DNA from: an uncultured Clostridia bacterium
GTDB taxonomy: Bacteria; Bacillota; Clostridia; Christensenellales; Borkfalkiaceae
DNA: 64,000 nucleotides
NCBI GenBank assembly: GCA_944367185.1
Contig: CALVWM010000001.1
Span: 3,189 to 67,188, forward strand
Direction: 5' to 3'
This document shows positions 23,233 through 33,810 of the stretch, in pieces. The notes beneath the pieces were generated by a model. It was not told where the DNA came from, ran no database searches, and saw nothing but the letters and a program-made list of their open reading frames with translations. The stretch's first letter is position 1, and each line of letters opens with the position of its first letter. The position numbers and the translations under genes were made by a program.

Positions 23233-25205
23233 CTTCCGCCTCCTTCCCCGAGGGCTGTAATCCCGAGACGCGTGATATCGTTGTTCAACGCCTCCCGCAT
23301 TGCCGCAAAATCGTCCTCGCTGTAACTTCCGGAATGAATTTCCGTCAGCAGATAACGGGGAGAAATGGATTCGAGACAGATTGCGTCGTACAACCGTTCA
23401 TAGGTCGCGAGATCCGTCTGTTCATACACCGCAATCGCCGAATATGCCTCATTGATCAGCCCGAGCCACTCCTGCAAGACTCCCAAAGGGAAGAAAGTGG
23501 AATTGATCGTCTGCGATCCGGTGATCGTCCACTCGCCCTCAAAGGAATTTACTTCCGCCGCATAGTTATACCAATCGCAATAGGAATTGAAGTATTTCCG
23601 CATCGGAGCCGCCGCTTCGCGGTAGACGACGTTGAAATAATCGTCGATCAGCTTTTCGACATCCTGCGAGCAGTCCCACATCAGTTCCGCATTCAGAAAA
23701 TTCTTTAAAAATCCCCAATCCGGAATCGCCATATTTTCATAGTCGTTCTGACCGAAAAACATTTTTACAGTGAATTCCGTTGTAAGAATTTCATAATTTT
23801 TCTGAAAGGCGTCAAACCCATAATGCGGAACGAGGTAGTCGTTAAAGTAACTGCCGTTATATGCCCAAAAAAGCAGATCGCCCTCACCCAACAACTCACA
23901 CCAATTTTTCAGATTCTCATAATACGTACTGTTGAATTCGTCTTTCAGATCGGATACAAAGCTCGCGCGGATGGGCGCATAATAAAGGGCGATATTTTCG
24001 GGCAGTTTCACTTCCTCATCGAACGTCGTCGGGGCGTCAAACGTATTCATGTACGCGTAAATAGCAAGACTGACCCTGCGCCCTATTCCCTCTTCTTCAA
24101 TCCATTCTTCCAGCATTGTCGCAAGGCGTTTCGCCGTCTTAATGATGGAGGCCGCAGGAGAACCATACTTTTCCTGATCGGCTTTGCATGCATCGCAACC
24201 GCACCAGATATAATTATCCATCTGCGTAAACCACGCATACATCAGTTGCGACGGATCGGTCTGATTTGCGAGGATCGACCGTTTCAGCACATTGAACATC
24301 TCCGTCAGCATCAGCTCGTAGGATGCGCCGTCGCCGTGCGCGTTATAGCAGATCTGCGCTACGTTATTATAATCGTCCCTGAGAACATTCCCCGGCGTCG
24401 CTTCGTTGCCCTCCGTTGCGTACCATTCCGGATGAATATCCAGCCATGTGGAAGTCGGAAGATACCCGAGCGCGACATGATAATTCGTGCCATTGATCGG
24501 GATAAAAATCTCCGTAGGATTATAGATCCGATATCTTCTGCCCGTCGCGACGGAGTCCTGCAAAGCATCTGTCCTCAGCGAAGGCATTTCTATATCAGGT
24601 TTTACGAGATCGTCAAACGCCGGCAGATAATATGTGCCGACCGAACAATCGTTGATCTGCCAGACGTCGGGACGATAATATCTGTAATTCAGCGTGCGTT
24701 TGAGAAAATCGTAGACGCCGTTCAGCGTTCCTTTTTCCGTTGCTCCTGCAATGTATACGTCGTCGCCGACAGTCTTTAAGATATAGCCGCTGACACCGAG
24801 TGCCGCTTCCGATATATCTGTATCCGTCGGAAGGCATTCAACTGCTCCCAAATAAAGATACTTTCCGCTTTCGGGAGAGGTTGAAGTCGTCTCCGAAGCA
24901 ACCGGAAGCTGCGTTCCGGCAGACTCCTCAAACCGATCCTGCAATTCCGAAACGGCAAAGTTGATATGTTCGCCCGCCGTTTGCGGAATCACGATCGTGT
25001 ACGCCGTTACCCCGTTTCCCAGCAGGATCGAGTCGGTATACTGCTGCGACTGCGGAATCAGATCGGGCGTTTCTCCCGTTACCCGAATGACATCATCCGG
25101 CGAAAGCGCGTTGTTTTTCCCGTCCTGAGCGCAGCCGCTCAAAACAAATACCATTGACAGCGCCACCGAAATGACACCGCAAGCCGTTTTAAATCCCGAT
25201 TTCAT
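23226..25205 (-). CDS. lipoprotein, DUF4838-like (putative glycan-active, GH20b/alpha-glucuronidase-N-like N-terminus)
   Basis: 659 aa with lipobox FVLSGC. The segments YTIVIPQTAGEHINFAVSELQ and GVYDFLKRTLNYRYYRPD resemble DUF4838 proteins, from memory only. Confidence 0.4.
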   Translation of the reverse strand: MKSGFKTACGVISVALSMVFVLSGCAQDGKNNALSPDDVIRVTGETPDLIPQSQQYTDSILLGNGVTAYTIVIPQTAGEHINFAVSELQDRFEESAGTQLPVASETTSTSPESGKYLYLGAVECLPTDTDISEAALGVSGYILKTVGDDVYIAGATEKGTLNGVYDFLKRTLNYRYYRPDVWQINDCSVGTYYLPAFDDLVKPDIEMPSLRTDALQDSVATGRRYRIYNPTEIFIPINGTNYHVALGYLPTSTWLDIHPEWYATEGNEATPGNVLRDDYNNVAQICYNAHGDGASYELMLTEMFNVLKRSILANQTDPSQLMYAWFTQMDNYIWCGCDACKADQEKYGSPAASIIKTAKRLATMLEEWIEEEGIGRRVSLAIYAYMNTFDAPTTFDEEVKLPENIALYYAPIRASFVSDLKDEFNSTYYENLKNWCELLGEGDLLFWAYNGSYFNDYLVPHYGFDAFQKNYEILTTEFTVKMFFGQNDYENMAIPDWGFLKNFLNAELMWDCSQDVEKLIDDYFNVVYREAAAPMRKYFNSYCDWYNYAAEVNSFEGEWTITGSQTINSTFFPLGVLQEWLGLINEAYSAIAVYEQTDLATYERLYDAICLESISPRYLLTEIHSGSYSEDDFAAMREALNNDITRLGITALGEGGGRW

Positions 25206-25241
25206 TCACCTTTCCCCTTTGCGGTCCTCCCGCAAATCCGA

Positions 25242-26507
25242 TCATCTCGTTGTTTCACTGTTACGGATCTCTTTTGGCGACACTTCGCGTACCGCAATTC
25301 CCTGCTTTACAGAGATTGCCGCCGCCGTGCCTGCCGCCCAACCCGTTGCCACACAGATCGGCATCGCCCTGAAACTCGAATGCGCCATATGCGTTCCGGA
25401 AATGTTTCTGCCCGCCAGCAGCAAGCCGTCGATTTTCTCGGGGACAAGACACCCGTATGGAATCATGTACCCTTTTGCCTGAGGGAAATCCCGCTGTAAA
25501 CCTGTCTCGTCCAAGCCTGCGCCCGCAATATTATGAACGTCAAAATTAAACCATGCGCCATACACGACGCCGTCCTCAAATTGTCTTGCCTGCAAAATAT
25601 CCTCTTCCGTGAGCGTTTTCACGCCTTTGAAATGCCGCGTTTCGCGGATCCCGATCAGCGACGCCGCGCTCACGATATAGCAATTCTCATACCCGGGAGC
25701 ATACTCACGCAAAAAACGAACGATCGGGATCATCTGTTTGCGGCAGGTGATTTCCGCCCTCGTCAGATCCTCCGCTTTCGTGCCGTCGATTCCGACTGCA
25801 TTGGTCATGTTGCAGGTAACCACTCCCGGAACGGGCGAACGGTACAGCAGGACGTGTCCCGCAGGATAGGGAAGATGCTGCCGCGCAAGCGCCTGCAACT
25901 CTCCTTTCTCTGTCGGCACCAAGGTTTCAAACGACCCGGGCAGACACGCCCGCTCCATATCCACTCCGCCGACTTTGAACATGAGCGTTGCGGGCTGCAT
26001 TTTTCCGTCCGTATCCCTTCCTTCGGAATACGCCGCGCCGCTCCGATACGCAAGGTCGCCGTCTCCGGAACAATCGACCACCACGTCCGCCCGAAAGATC
26101 TTCCGCCCGCTTTTATTTTCGCAGACAACGCCCTTTACGGTATACCCGTCCATTACGGCGTCGCAGACGAACGTGTAGAGAAGTACGGTGACGCCCGCCT
26201 CTTCGAGCATTTGATAATATACGATTTTCAAGAGTTCCGGATCGATAAAAACATCTTCCCCGGGATCGTAAAAATACGTTTCCTTCGCGCGGTCAAGGAT
26301 CTCCCGATAGATCCGGTTCCCGACCGTTCCGGTAAAGTGGCTCATCAATCCGACCGTCGACATCCCGCCGACGCTCCCGCACTGATCGACCAGAAGCGTT
26401 TTCGCTCCACCCCTTCCCGCGGCGACGGCTGCCCCGATTCCGGCAGGTCCTGCGCCGACGACAATGACGTCATACTGTTCCGAAAACTGTACATTCATGC
26501 TTTCCAT
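25242..26507 (-). CDS. FAD-dependent oxidoreductase (FAD_oxidored / pfam12831-like), paralog 2
   Basis: 421 aa with motif YDVIVVGAGPAGIGAAVAAGRGGAKTLLVDQCGSVGG. Confidence 0.7.
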   Translation of the reverse strand: MESMNVQFSEQYDVIVVGAGPAGIGAAVAAGRGGAKTLLVDQCGSVGGMSTVGLMSHFTGTVGNRIYREILDRAKETYFYDPGEDVFIDPELLKIVYYQMLEEAGVTVLLYTFVCDAVMDGYTVKGVVCENKSGRKIFRADVVVDCSGDGDLAYRSGAAYSEGRDTDGKMQPATLMFKVGGVDMERACLPGSFETLVPTEKGELQALARQHLPYPAGHVLLYRSPVPGVVTCNMTNAVGIDGTKAEDLTRAEITCRKQMIPIVRFLREYAPGYENCYIVSAASLIGIRETRHFKGVKTLTEEDILQARQFEDGVVYGAWFNFDVHNIAGAGLDETGLQRDFPQAKGYMIPYGCLVPEKIDGLLLAGRNISGTHMAHSSFRAMPICVATGWAAGTAAAISVKQGIAVREVSPKEIRNSETTR

Positions 26508-26513
26508 CTTCGG

Positions 26514-29315
26514 TCACCCCACGGTTATTTCATAAATGAGTTTTGTAACATTTCCTACGGAATCGCTCACCAGATAGGTGACCCGATAAATCCCCTGCGT
26601 TTCAAACGTTACCTGCGTACCGGGCGCATACACTTCCGTTTTATGAGACTTCATCTCCTGAACGAGGCACAGACACGTCATTGTATCTGCCGAATCGACA
26701 TTATCGGAAATTGTTGCCGCAGGAAGCGTTACGGATGCGCCGACCGCAGCGGATGACGGCAGATCGCCCTCGAGCTCGATCGTGGGCGCCACATCGTCGA
26801 CAACGAGCAGCGGATACCGCACCGAACCATCACCGTTTTCAGAATGCGCGGTGTATTCTACATACCAATACCCGTACTCATTCAAAGCGCACGCGTATTC
26901 CGCATCCGCCGAAACTCCGTCGAGAGCGTTCCCGTTGATATCAGTCGCAACTGCGCCCGACGGCGTGTAAACCGTTACCGTTGCTGAAATGACAGGATCA
27001 ACCGCATCTGCATAAATTGCAGGGGAAACGGAAACCTGCTCGCCGTAACGCCAATCGTGGATATAATCCTCGGCGGAAACAATTACAGGATCGCCGATAT
27101 CAACCGTAAGATTATTGATCCCCTGTCCGTACAGCATCGAAAGGGAGAATTCCGTTGCCTGCCCCGCAAGAAACGAAAAACTGAAATACAGATAGCCTGA
27201 TGAAAATCCGCTGAACCCGATCAATTCAAAGGAAGACTGACTGTTGATTGTAATCGTATTATCCGACGCATTATAATAAAATCTCAGACTTGATCCGCTG
27301 TTGTATTCTCCGATCGTCGATCCGCCGTAAGAGAGGCTGACTCCCCGCGACGTTCTTTCCATGATCAGATCGATCCGCTCGTCATTCGTTACGGTGTCGG
27401 TGAGGGAGAGAACGATCTTTGCGCCCGCCGCCGAAGCGGAAGGCACGCCGGCGGTGAAGCTGAAATCTTTTGCAACAAACGGATTGATAAATTCTGCCGA
27501 TGCGTCGGTTTCCGTCTCCGCATTGGAAAATACGATTGAGGCAGCCGATTTTACAGCGCTTATATTTTCCGAATAAAAATATTTTGCAAGATCGATCCCG
27601 CCGTTTCCGTCCGAGACGTCGACGATGGGAATCGTGCGGCTCACGTATGTCGAATTTTCACCCTTTACCGCGATATATGAGATCACAGCCTCTTCTGCCG
27701 TCGGAGTAAATTGCATACCGTCAAGCGTACCGCCAGCAGCGTCCACCAACGTGCCGCGTTCTTTGCCGCCATCCGCGTAATCGTACGCTTTGACCTCCGG
27801 AAGCGTATACGTCTGCCCTTTTATAAAGTATTTCGGCAAACGGATCGCATCTTCGTCGATCACGGGCATATCCGCTGCGGAAACCGTAATCACATACTGC
27901 ATTTCCGCCGTGCGTCCGAAATAGTCCTCAGCAACATACGTGACCAGATACTCCCCTTTTTCCGTCGGGACAAAGGTATCGTTCTCCACGGAGATTTCCC
28001 CGCCGTTGAGCGTGACCGTGACCGTATAATCCGTTTCGCCGACGCCGCCTGAAATTACAGGAGTCGCTATCGTGACTTTTTCCCCGACGGCAGCTTCGGC
28101 ATTCTCCGCCTGCTCGATCGCAAGGGCGTTATAATCCCCCGCCATGACCCGAACAGGAATGTTGTATGAAGCCGCTGCGCCATACTCGTTTTCGGCATGG
28201 TACACAATGGTATATATTCCCTCATCCTGAGGAATAAATGAATTATTTCTGATATTGACATTGTAACAAAGCTCGCTTCCGTACCCGAAATACACCTGCG
28301 TTGTCAAAGTCGCTCTGCTTCCGTACGGATCTTCCGCCATTGCCGTGAACACGGGATATTCGTATCCGACAAGCCCTTCCAGAACATTTTCGGGCACATC
28401 GGCCACGATCCGCGGCGCGGCGTATGAAGTAATCGTCTCTTCAAATACCGTTTCCCCCGCGATCTCTCTGAAATACATATCGAACGAATCGGTATAATAC
28501 GACGTTGCGTACATGGACAGGATGACTTCCCCCGTCGTAAAGCCGTCAAACGGGACCGTGAAATAGTCCGCATCGTCAAAATCGCAGACGAGCTGTTTTC
28601 CTGCAAGCGACTGGACGTACAGCGCCTTTTCGTCGGGCTCATAAAACAGAGCGAGATACTCGTTGCCTATTTTGTACTCGCTGCGCCCGCCATACAGCCC
28701 GAACTTGGAAATCGTGCCGTAGATGTGACCGTTCGTGCCGAAGGTCGGCGCGTCGTCTGCCGTTCCTGCAAACGTCTGATTGTTTGTTTTTGCCATCAGA
28801 TAAGAGAAAATCGTCCAGCTGTTGGGGGAAGACAGCGTCGAAGGATCTGTGATTCCCGTACTGATCTGAACCGTCATAACGTTGCTCGGATCGTAAGCGT
28901 CCGTCAGAGTAAAATAGATAAAACGGACGTCGCGCTCGCCGTCGTCCGGCATCACGCCGATATTGAAAATGGGAGTGACGCCGCCGAGCTTGTTCAGATC
29001 GATAATCTGATTATACGTGAACGTATCATTGGGCGCCAAAGACACGTGCAGTCCGGAGATCGTCGTGCTTTCCGTGCTCGTATCCGTCGTGCTGAACGGC
29101 GAAACCCTGTACTCTTTTGTCTTTTCGCCATAATAAACTTCACTCTGTCCAGAACCTATGCTCCATGTATTAAGATTTTTTTCCGACACTGCGGGCGTTT
29201 TTTCGCCTTGCCCGTCAGCAAAAGCGATGCAGAACGTTGCCGTCAGCGCCGCAAGGAAAAAAACAAACAAGCACAGAATTACAATAATTCTTTTTTTTGT
29301 AAGCGCGGACTTCAT
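26514..29315 (-). CDS. membrane-anchored extracellular protein with Ig-like/HYR-like repeats, function unknown
   Basis: 933 aa. It has an N-terminal hydrophobic anchor IIVILCLFVFFLAALTATF and C-terminal DDVAPTIELEG...ISDNVDS Ig-like repeats. Its start overlaps the permease stop as TAATG. Confidence 0.6.
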   Translation of the reverse strand: MKSALTKKRIIVILCLFVFFLAALTATFCIAFADGQGEKTPAVSEKNLNTWSIGSGQSEVYYGEKTKEYRVSPFSTTDTSTESTTISGLHVSLAPNDTFTYNQIIDLNKLGGVTPIFNIGVMPDDGERDVRFIYFTLTDAYDPSNVMTVQISTGITDPSTLSSPNSWTIFSYLMAKTNNQTFAGTADDAPTFGTNGHIYGTISKFGLYGGRSEYKIGNEYLALFYEPDEKALYVQSLAGKQLVCDFDDADYFTVPFDGFTTGEVILSMYATSYYTDSFDMYFREIAGETVFEETITSYAAPRIVADVPENVLEGLVGYEYPVFTAMAEDPYGSRATLTTQVYFGYGSELCYNVNIRNNSFIPQDEGIYTIVYHAENEYGAAASYNIPVRVMAGDYNALAIEQAENAEAAVGEKVTIATPVISGGVGETDYTVTVTLNGGEISVENDTFVPTEKGEYLVTYVAEDYFGRTAEMQYVITVSAADMPVIDEDAIRLPKYFIKGQTYTLPEVKAYDYADGGKERGTLVDAAGGTLDGMQFTPTAEEAVISYIAVKGENSTYVSRTIPIVDVSDGNGGIDLAKYFYSENISAVKSAASIVFSNAETETDASAEFINPFVAKDFSFTAGVPSASAAGAKIVLSLTDTVTNDERIDLIMERTSRGVSLSYGGSTIGEYNSGSSLRFYYNASDNTITINSQSSFELIGFSGFSSGYLYFSFSFLAGQATEFSLSMLYGQGINNLTVDIGDPVIVSAEDYIHDWRYGEQVSVSPAIYADAVDPVISATVTVYTPSGAVATDINGNALDGVSADAEYACALNEYGYWYVEYTAHSENGDGSVRYPLLVVDDVAPTIELEGDLPSSAAVGASVTLPAATISDNVDSADTMTCLCLVQEMKSHKTEVYAPGTQVTFETQGIYRVTYLVSDSVGNVTKLIYEITVG

Positions 29316-30232
29316 TATTCCTTGACGCCTCCCATCGTCAGATTCCCTTCGATCAGTTTCTTTGAAAATGCGCAGAAGAGCACAAACACCGGAATAAACA
29401 CGATCATTGCTCCCGCCAATTTATGCGGCGTGCTCGTAATATCGGGATTGTTGGACAGATTGAACTCATAGAGTCCATACGACAGAACAGGCACGGAGGG
29501 AGCATATAACAGCGTTACGTTATAGTCATTCCAATTCCCGATGAAATAGAGCAGGGTGACGATAAAAATAATATTCCTCGCCATCGGAAGCACAAGTCTG
29601 AACAGTATGGAGAAGTTCCCTGCACCGTCCAGCTGCGCCGCCTCAAAGTAGTCTTTCGGGAGTCCCCTGAAAAAGGCGTGGAACACGAGAAAATATGTCC
29701 CTAAAAACGACGCCTTCATGAACAATACGCCAAACATCGTATTATACAGACCGAGACCGTTCAGGATCCGGATCTCACTCGTCTGCGCTCCGACGATTGG
29801 CAGGATCATGGCAACGATGACCACAAGATAAAGGAGTTTTGAAAGTTTGTAGTCGGAAAATTTCGCAACGGCATATGCCACAAATGCGCAGCAAAATGCC
29901 TGGATCAGCGCTCCTCCGAGGGAGAAAATGACCGAATTGACCGCCATCCCGAGCAACGTATAGGTAGCAGAGCTTGCACCGAACGGCACCGTCACCTTAA
30001 AATTATTATAGGCGTCGGCATAATTCTGCCAATAAAACGGATTCGGGAATCCAAGAGCGTTGTCCGCATAATCCAGACGATACTTAAACGACGTCAGAAG
30101 TCCCCAGATAAACGGGATCAACAGCGACAGCGCAAAAAGAACAAGTCCGATAAACAGTATGATATTGAACGGAGTCAATACTGTTTTCAGGCGATAGCTG
30201 ATATGAGCTTTGTTGACTTGCAGAAGTTTCAT
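29315..30232 (-). CDS. carbohydrate ABC transporter permease (LplC-like)
   Basis: 305 aa, multi-TM, with EAA-type loop EAAQLDGAGNFSILFRLVLP. Confidence 0.85.
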   Translation of the reverse strand: MKLLQVNKAHISYRLKTVLTPFNIILFIGLVLFALSLLIPFIWGLLTSFKYRLDYADNALGFPNPFYWQNYADAYNNFKVTVPFGASSATYTLLGMAVNSVIFSLGGALIQAFCCAFVAYAVAKFSDYKLSKLLYLVVIVAMILPIVGAQTSEIRILNGLGLYNTMFGVLFMKASFLGTYFLVFHAFFRGLPKDYFEAAQLDGAGNFSILFRLVLPMARNIIFIVTLLYFIGNWNDYNVTLLYAPSVPVLSYGLYEFNLSNNPDITSTPHKLAGAMIVFIPVFVLFCAFSKKLIEGNLTMGGVKE

Positions 30233-30244
30233 TGTATCCCCCCA

Positions 30245-31168
30245 TCAATCCGGACGCGGTCCGAATTTCAGCATACATTTGCGGATCAGCATGACAATCG
30301 GCACAAGGATCATCGTGAAGCATACACCGACCGCACTCAGGAAAGGATAATTATCCATCGTCGCTTTATTCAACTCCGTCTCGCGGAACAGCCAGTAGCC
30401 GAAGGTGTATAATTTTGTATCCGCATTGGGACCGTAAAATGAATACAGATTCAGATTGTTGCCAAAATAAGTCGCCAGCGTTGCAACGGTAAAAACAACA
30501 TACGTGGACCAGATATTCGGGAATATAATGTTCCAGAATTCACGAAAAGATCCGCAGCCGTCCAGCTTGGCGGCTTCCGTCACTGCCGGAGGCACGTCGT
30601 TCATCGCGCTTGAATAGACCAGAAGCGACGGACCGAACGCAATCCATACATTGTAAAAGAGGATATAAAAGAACGTTGTATCCGGATTGGACAGACCTCC
30701 CCGCTCCATTCCGAACAGCGCGGGCAGCGCTCCGTCTACAAAACGCGCAAAAACGACAACTGTTACAAGCGTCGAGATAATCGACGGAATGAACAATATG
30801 ATCCGCAGTACCTTATATCCAAAATATTTTTTGAACATATAGTACGAAAAGAAAATTGCCAGCGTTTTCGTAATAAACTGCGCCACGAGAAAGGCTATCG
30901 TTGAGTTTCCGAGCATTGTGAGCCAAAGCCTGTCCGTTCCCAACATTTCAAAAAAATCGATATAATTATGAAATCCGTTCCACGAAAAAACGCCCGTGTT
31001 TACATCGTAAGTCTGAAAAGACATGATCAGGGAGTTGAAATTCACTCCGAGATACATGATGCAAAACTGCACGACGGGAATACAGACAATTACGGCATAA
31101 AACACCCAGTCTTTCCAATTCCGCCGTATCGTTCGCGCAATCTTCTTCTCTTTCGCTTTCCCCATCAT
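30245..31168 (-). CDS. carbohydrate ABC transporter permease (LplB-like)
   Basis: 307 aa with EAA loop EAAKLDGCGSFREFWNIIFP. Confidence 0.85.
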   Translation of the reverse strand: MMGKAKEKKIARTIRRNWKDWVFYAVIVCIPVVQFCIMYLGVNFNSLIMSFQTYDVNTGVFSWNGFHNYIDFFEMLGTDRLWLTMLGNSTIAFLVAQFITKTLAIFFSYYMFKKYFGYKVLRIILFIPSIISTLVTVVVFARFVDGALPALFGMERGGLSNPDTTFFYILFYNVWIAFGPSLLVYSSAMNDVPPAVTEAAKLDGCGSFREFWNIIFPNIWSTYVVFTVATLATYFGNNLNLYSFYGPNADTKLYTFGYWLFRETELNKATMDNYPFLSAVGVCFTMILVPIVMLIRKCMLKFGPRPD

Positions 31169-31186
31169 TTTCCCCTCCGAATATCA

Positions 31187-32881
31187 TCACGAAAGTATAT
31201 TGCCGTTCCACCAAGATTCGTCGTGATATTCCTGCATGCCTAAAATATAATCACGCGCCGACACCCCGCTGTCAAACGCTCTGATCGGTTCGTTCCACGT
31301 TCTTCCGTTGATCGTCGATGAAAATACCATCGTATCGCTTGCAAACAATTCCGTGGTATTGCTTGCATAATAATTATTCGTCGAGATCGGATAGACCACG
31401 TCGTCGCCGATGTACTGTTTCAGAGAAACAAGCTGTTTTGCAAAAGGCGTAAGATTCCCGTTTTCGACGTCGTAATCCGACAGATAGTCAAAGGCGCGCA
31501 GCGTACTTGTCGTTTCGGTGAAAGCCTGCAATTCCGAATCCGTATGCAGGAATTGGATAAAATCTTTGATAAGATCCATTTTCTCTTCCGTCGCCTTCTT
31601 GGTAACGCCGCAAATCGTCTGGTTGGTTTCAAGGTAGGTAAATTTCGTATTCCCCCATCCGTCCGGATGAGGCAGCGGCATAAGCCCGAACTTGCGGACG
31701 GATGCGCTTTTCGACGGATCGCTGACCGAGATGGAATCGAACGTCCCTTTCGCCTCGTTCAGGAACCATACGCCGTCGATCAGCATAGCGGTATCCGCTT
31801 TTCCGCTGACGCCGTTACGCACAAAATCATCCTGTGCGTTCATGTGATCGTATGCCTGTGACATCAGATTCGACTCGTTATAATAATGATCTCCTTCAAC
31901 CGTTCTGGTGATCAGATTATAGAAGAATTCCAAAGCGTAATACATACCGGTCGTTCCGGTCATCAGATAGCCGTTCTGATCCGTGATCGGCGTCGACTCG
32001 CGCAAAACAGGCGTATTTCCGTCAAACGAAGCAATAATATGCTCCGAATTTCCTTCCAGATCGTATTTTACACGGTTTTCTTCATAACCGTCCAGATATG
32101 CCGCCATCGACTGAATGAAACGGGAGGTATAATTGTTGTTCTTTCCCGTCCATGTAAGCGGCTGCAATCCTCTTGCGAGCATTGTATTGCAAAGGGCGTA
32201 GAACTCGCTGAATGTCGCGGGAAGGCCGTTGTCAATCGCGGTAGAAGCATCCCCGTCGGGTCCAGCAGAAGCATTCGGGTCTGTCTGCGAACGCAATGTA
32301 AAGTTTCCGTTCGTATCCATAAACAGAGCATTGTCCTCAAACACGTCGATATCGTAGATAATGCCGTATGTGCTCTCATGGAAAGGAATCCCGTAGATCT
32401 TTCCGTCGGTGTATTCGTAAAATTCCTGTGCGGACGGATACATTTTTCCGTAAATCGACTCTCCGCTTTCACCTACCGTTCCCATATCCCCTTTCACAAT
32501 ATCCGTGATGTCGACAAGGTTTCCGTTGCGGATCCATGTATAATAATCCACGCTTTCATTGAAAACAACTTCGGCTCGGTTATTATCAAGAGAATTCACA
32601 ACAGCCGAACCGATCTGCATATCGTCAACGAATATCTGAACGCCCGTCGTATCGTCCGAATAATGTTTATCTTTTGCCCATTCCGTAAACCGTTCGGCGG
32701 CGTTTTCCAACCATTCCTTGCCGAACCCCTGATTAAAGTTCCCGACATACAGCTGCATTTTCGTCGCGTCGACCTGTTCACCCTCTTCGATGAAAAGATT
32801 ACACCCTGTCAGGCATGCGGCAAAACAGCTTACAGAAAGTAAACAAGCGACGGACTTTTGGACTTTTTTCTTTAACAACAT
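31187..32881 (-). CDS. extracellular sugar-binding lipoprotein of the ABC transporter (large LplA-type SBP)
   Basis: 564 aa with lipobox CLTGC. It is the first gene of the locus and is preceded by AAGGAGG. Confidence 0.8.
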   Translation of the reverse strand: MLLKKKVQKSVACLLSVSCFAACLTGCNLFIEEGEQVDATKMQLYVGNFNQGFGKEWLENAAERFTEWAKDKHYSDDTTGVQIFVDDMQIGSAVVNSLDNNRAEVVFNESVDYYTWIRNGNLVDITDIVKGDMGTVGESGESIYGKMYPSAQEFYEYTDGKIYGIPFHESTYGIIYDIDVFEDNALFMDTNGNFTLRSQTDPNASAGPDGDASTAIDNGLPATFSEFYALCNTMLARGLQPLTWTGKNNNYTSRFIQSMAAYLDGYEENRVKYDLEGNSEHIIASFDGNTPVLRESTPITDQNGYLMTGTTGMYYALEFFYNLITRTVEGDHYYNESNLMSQAYDHMNAQDDFVRNGVSGKADTAMLIDGVWFLNEAKGTFDSISVSDPSKSASVRKFGLMPLPHPDGWGNTKFTYLETNQTICGVTKKATEEKMDLIKDFIQFLHTDSELQAFTETTSTLRAFDYLSDYDVENGNLTPFAKQLVSLKQYIGDDVVYPISTNNYYASNTTELFASDTMVFSSTINGRTWNEPIRAFDSGVSARDYILGMQEYHDESWWNGNILS

Positions 32882-32946
32882 ATCATTTGCCTCCTTAAAG
32901 TTCTTTGTAAAGCGAAATCCGATAAAAAAATGTCACAAACTTTCAC

Positions 32947-32975
32947 TTGACAATCACTTATCTGCATTATATAAT
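32947..32975 (+). promoter_or_regulatory. perfect-consensus sigma-A promoter for the AraC regulator gene
   Basis: TTGACA (32947-32952), a 17-nt spacer, then TATAAT (32970-32975), about 55 nt upstream of the ATG at 33031. Confidence 0.7.
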
Positions 32976-33030
32976 AAACACAGTTTGGGTTCAACTAAAA
33001 AAATATCCTTTTTTTCTAAAAAATTACGAT

Positions 33031-33810
33031 ATGAGCCGTTATGAGTCTTTTCCGGACATCAGAAATACTGTACAAGTTTTCTCCTCCGATTATTGGGTGG
33101 GAGTACCCCATTTTCACCGAAGTATCGAGCTTATTTATTTAAAAAGCGGTTCTTTGACGGCTACAATATATGTAGGGAAAGAAGTGGTTTTCACGCAAGG
33201 AGATATTGTTTTTATTCCAAGTTATTCTCCGCACTGTATTGTAGAAAGCTCTGCGCAGACGGTAGTCATGCAGATCCCCGAATATTTTTTCGAGGAAATT
33301 GAACGCAAGACTTCTTTGAATTATTTTGCCCTCCAAAACAAGGAAGTCAATCAATCGCTTTATAAGCTAATCTGTGCCATCGATCAGTGCGACATTCACG
33401 ATGACCTTATGATAGATGGGCTGATTCGTCTACTGTTTGGCATTATTCTGAAAAAATATAAACCTTTGGATATAAAATCTCCTGAGGAAACGCACTTTGT
33501 AGCACAGATCATTGAATATCTGGACGAGCATTTCAGAGAAAATATCTCAATTTCCCAGACGGCGCAGGATTTCGGATTCAGCAAAAACTATTTTTCAAAG
33601 CTATTCAACGAATACTTTCATTGTAATTTCAACACATACGTCAATCAACTGCGGATTAAATATATTGAGACGCATAAAAACGGCAACGCTAATAATTTGA
33701 CAAATCTGATTCTTGACAGTGGATTTAAAAGTCTTTCAACATATTATGCCTTTATGCAGAGACTTGAACACGGAAAAACGATGAAAACCACGCAACCAAA
33801 GACGGATTAA
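33031..33810 (+). CDS. AraC family transcriptional regulator (cupin sensor + C-terminal HTH)
   Basis: The start was moved to MSRYESF because the ORF-track TTG start is the -35 box. The C-terminus ISISQTAQDFGFSKNYFSKLFNEYF...LILDSGFKSLSTYY is the AraC dual HTH. Confidence 0.85.
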   Translation: MSRYESFPDIRNTVQVFSSDYWVGVPHFHRSIELIYLKSGSLTATIYVGKEVVFTQGDIVFIPSYSPHCIVESSAQTVVMQIPEYFFEEIERKTSLNYFALQNKEVNQSLYKLICAIDQCDIHDDLMIDGLIRLLFGIILKKYKPLDIKSPEETHFVAQIIEYLDEHFRENISISQTAQDFGFSKNYFSKLFNEYFHCNFNTYVNQLRIKYIETHKNGNANNLTNLILDSGFKSLSTYYAFMQRLEHGKTMKTTQPKTD

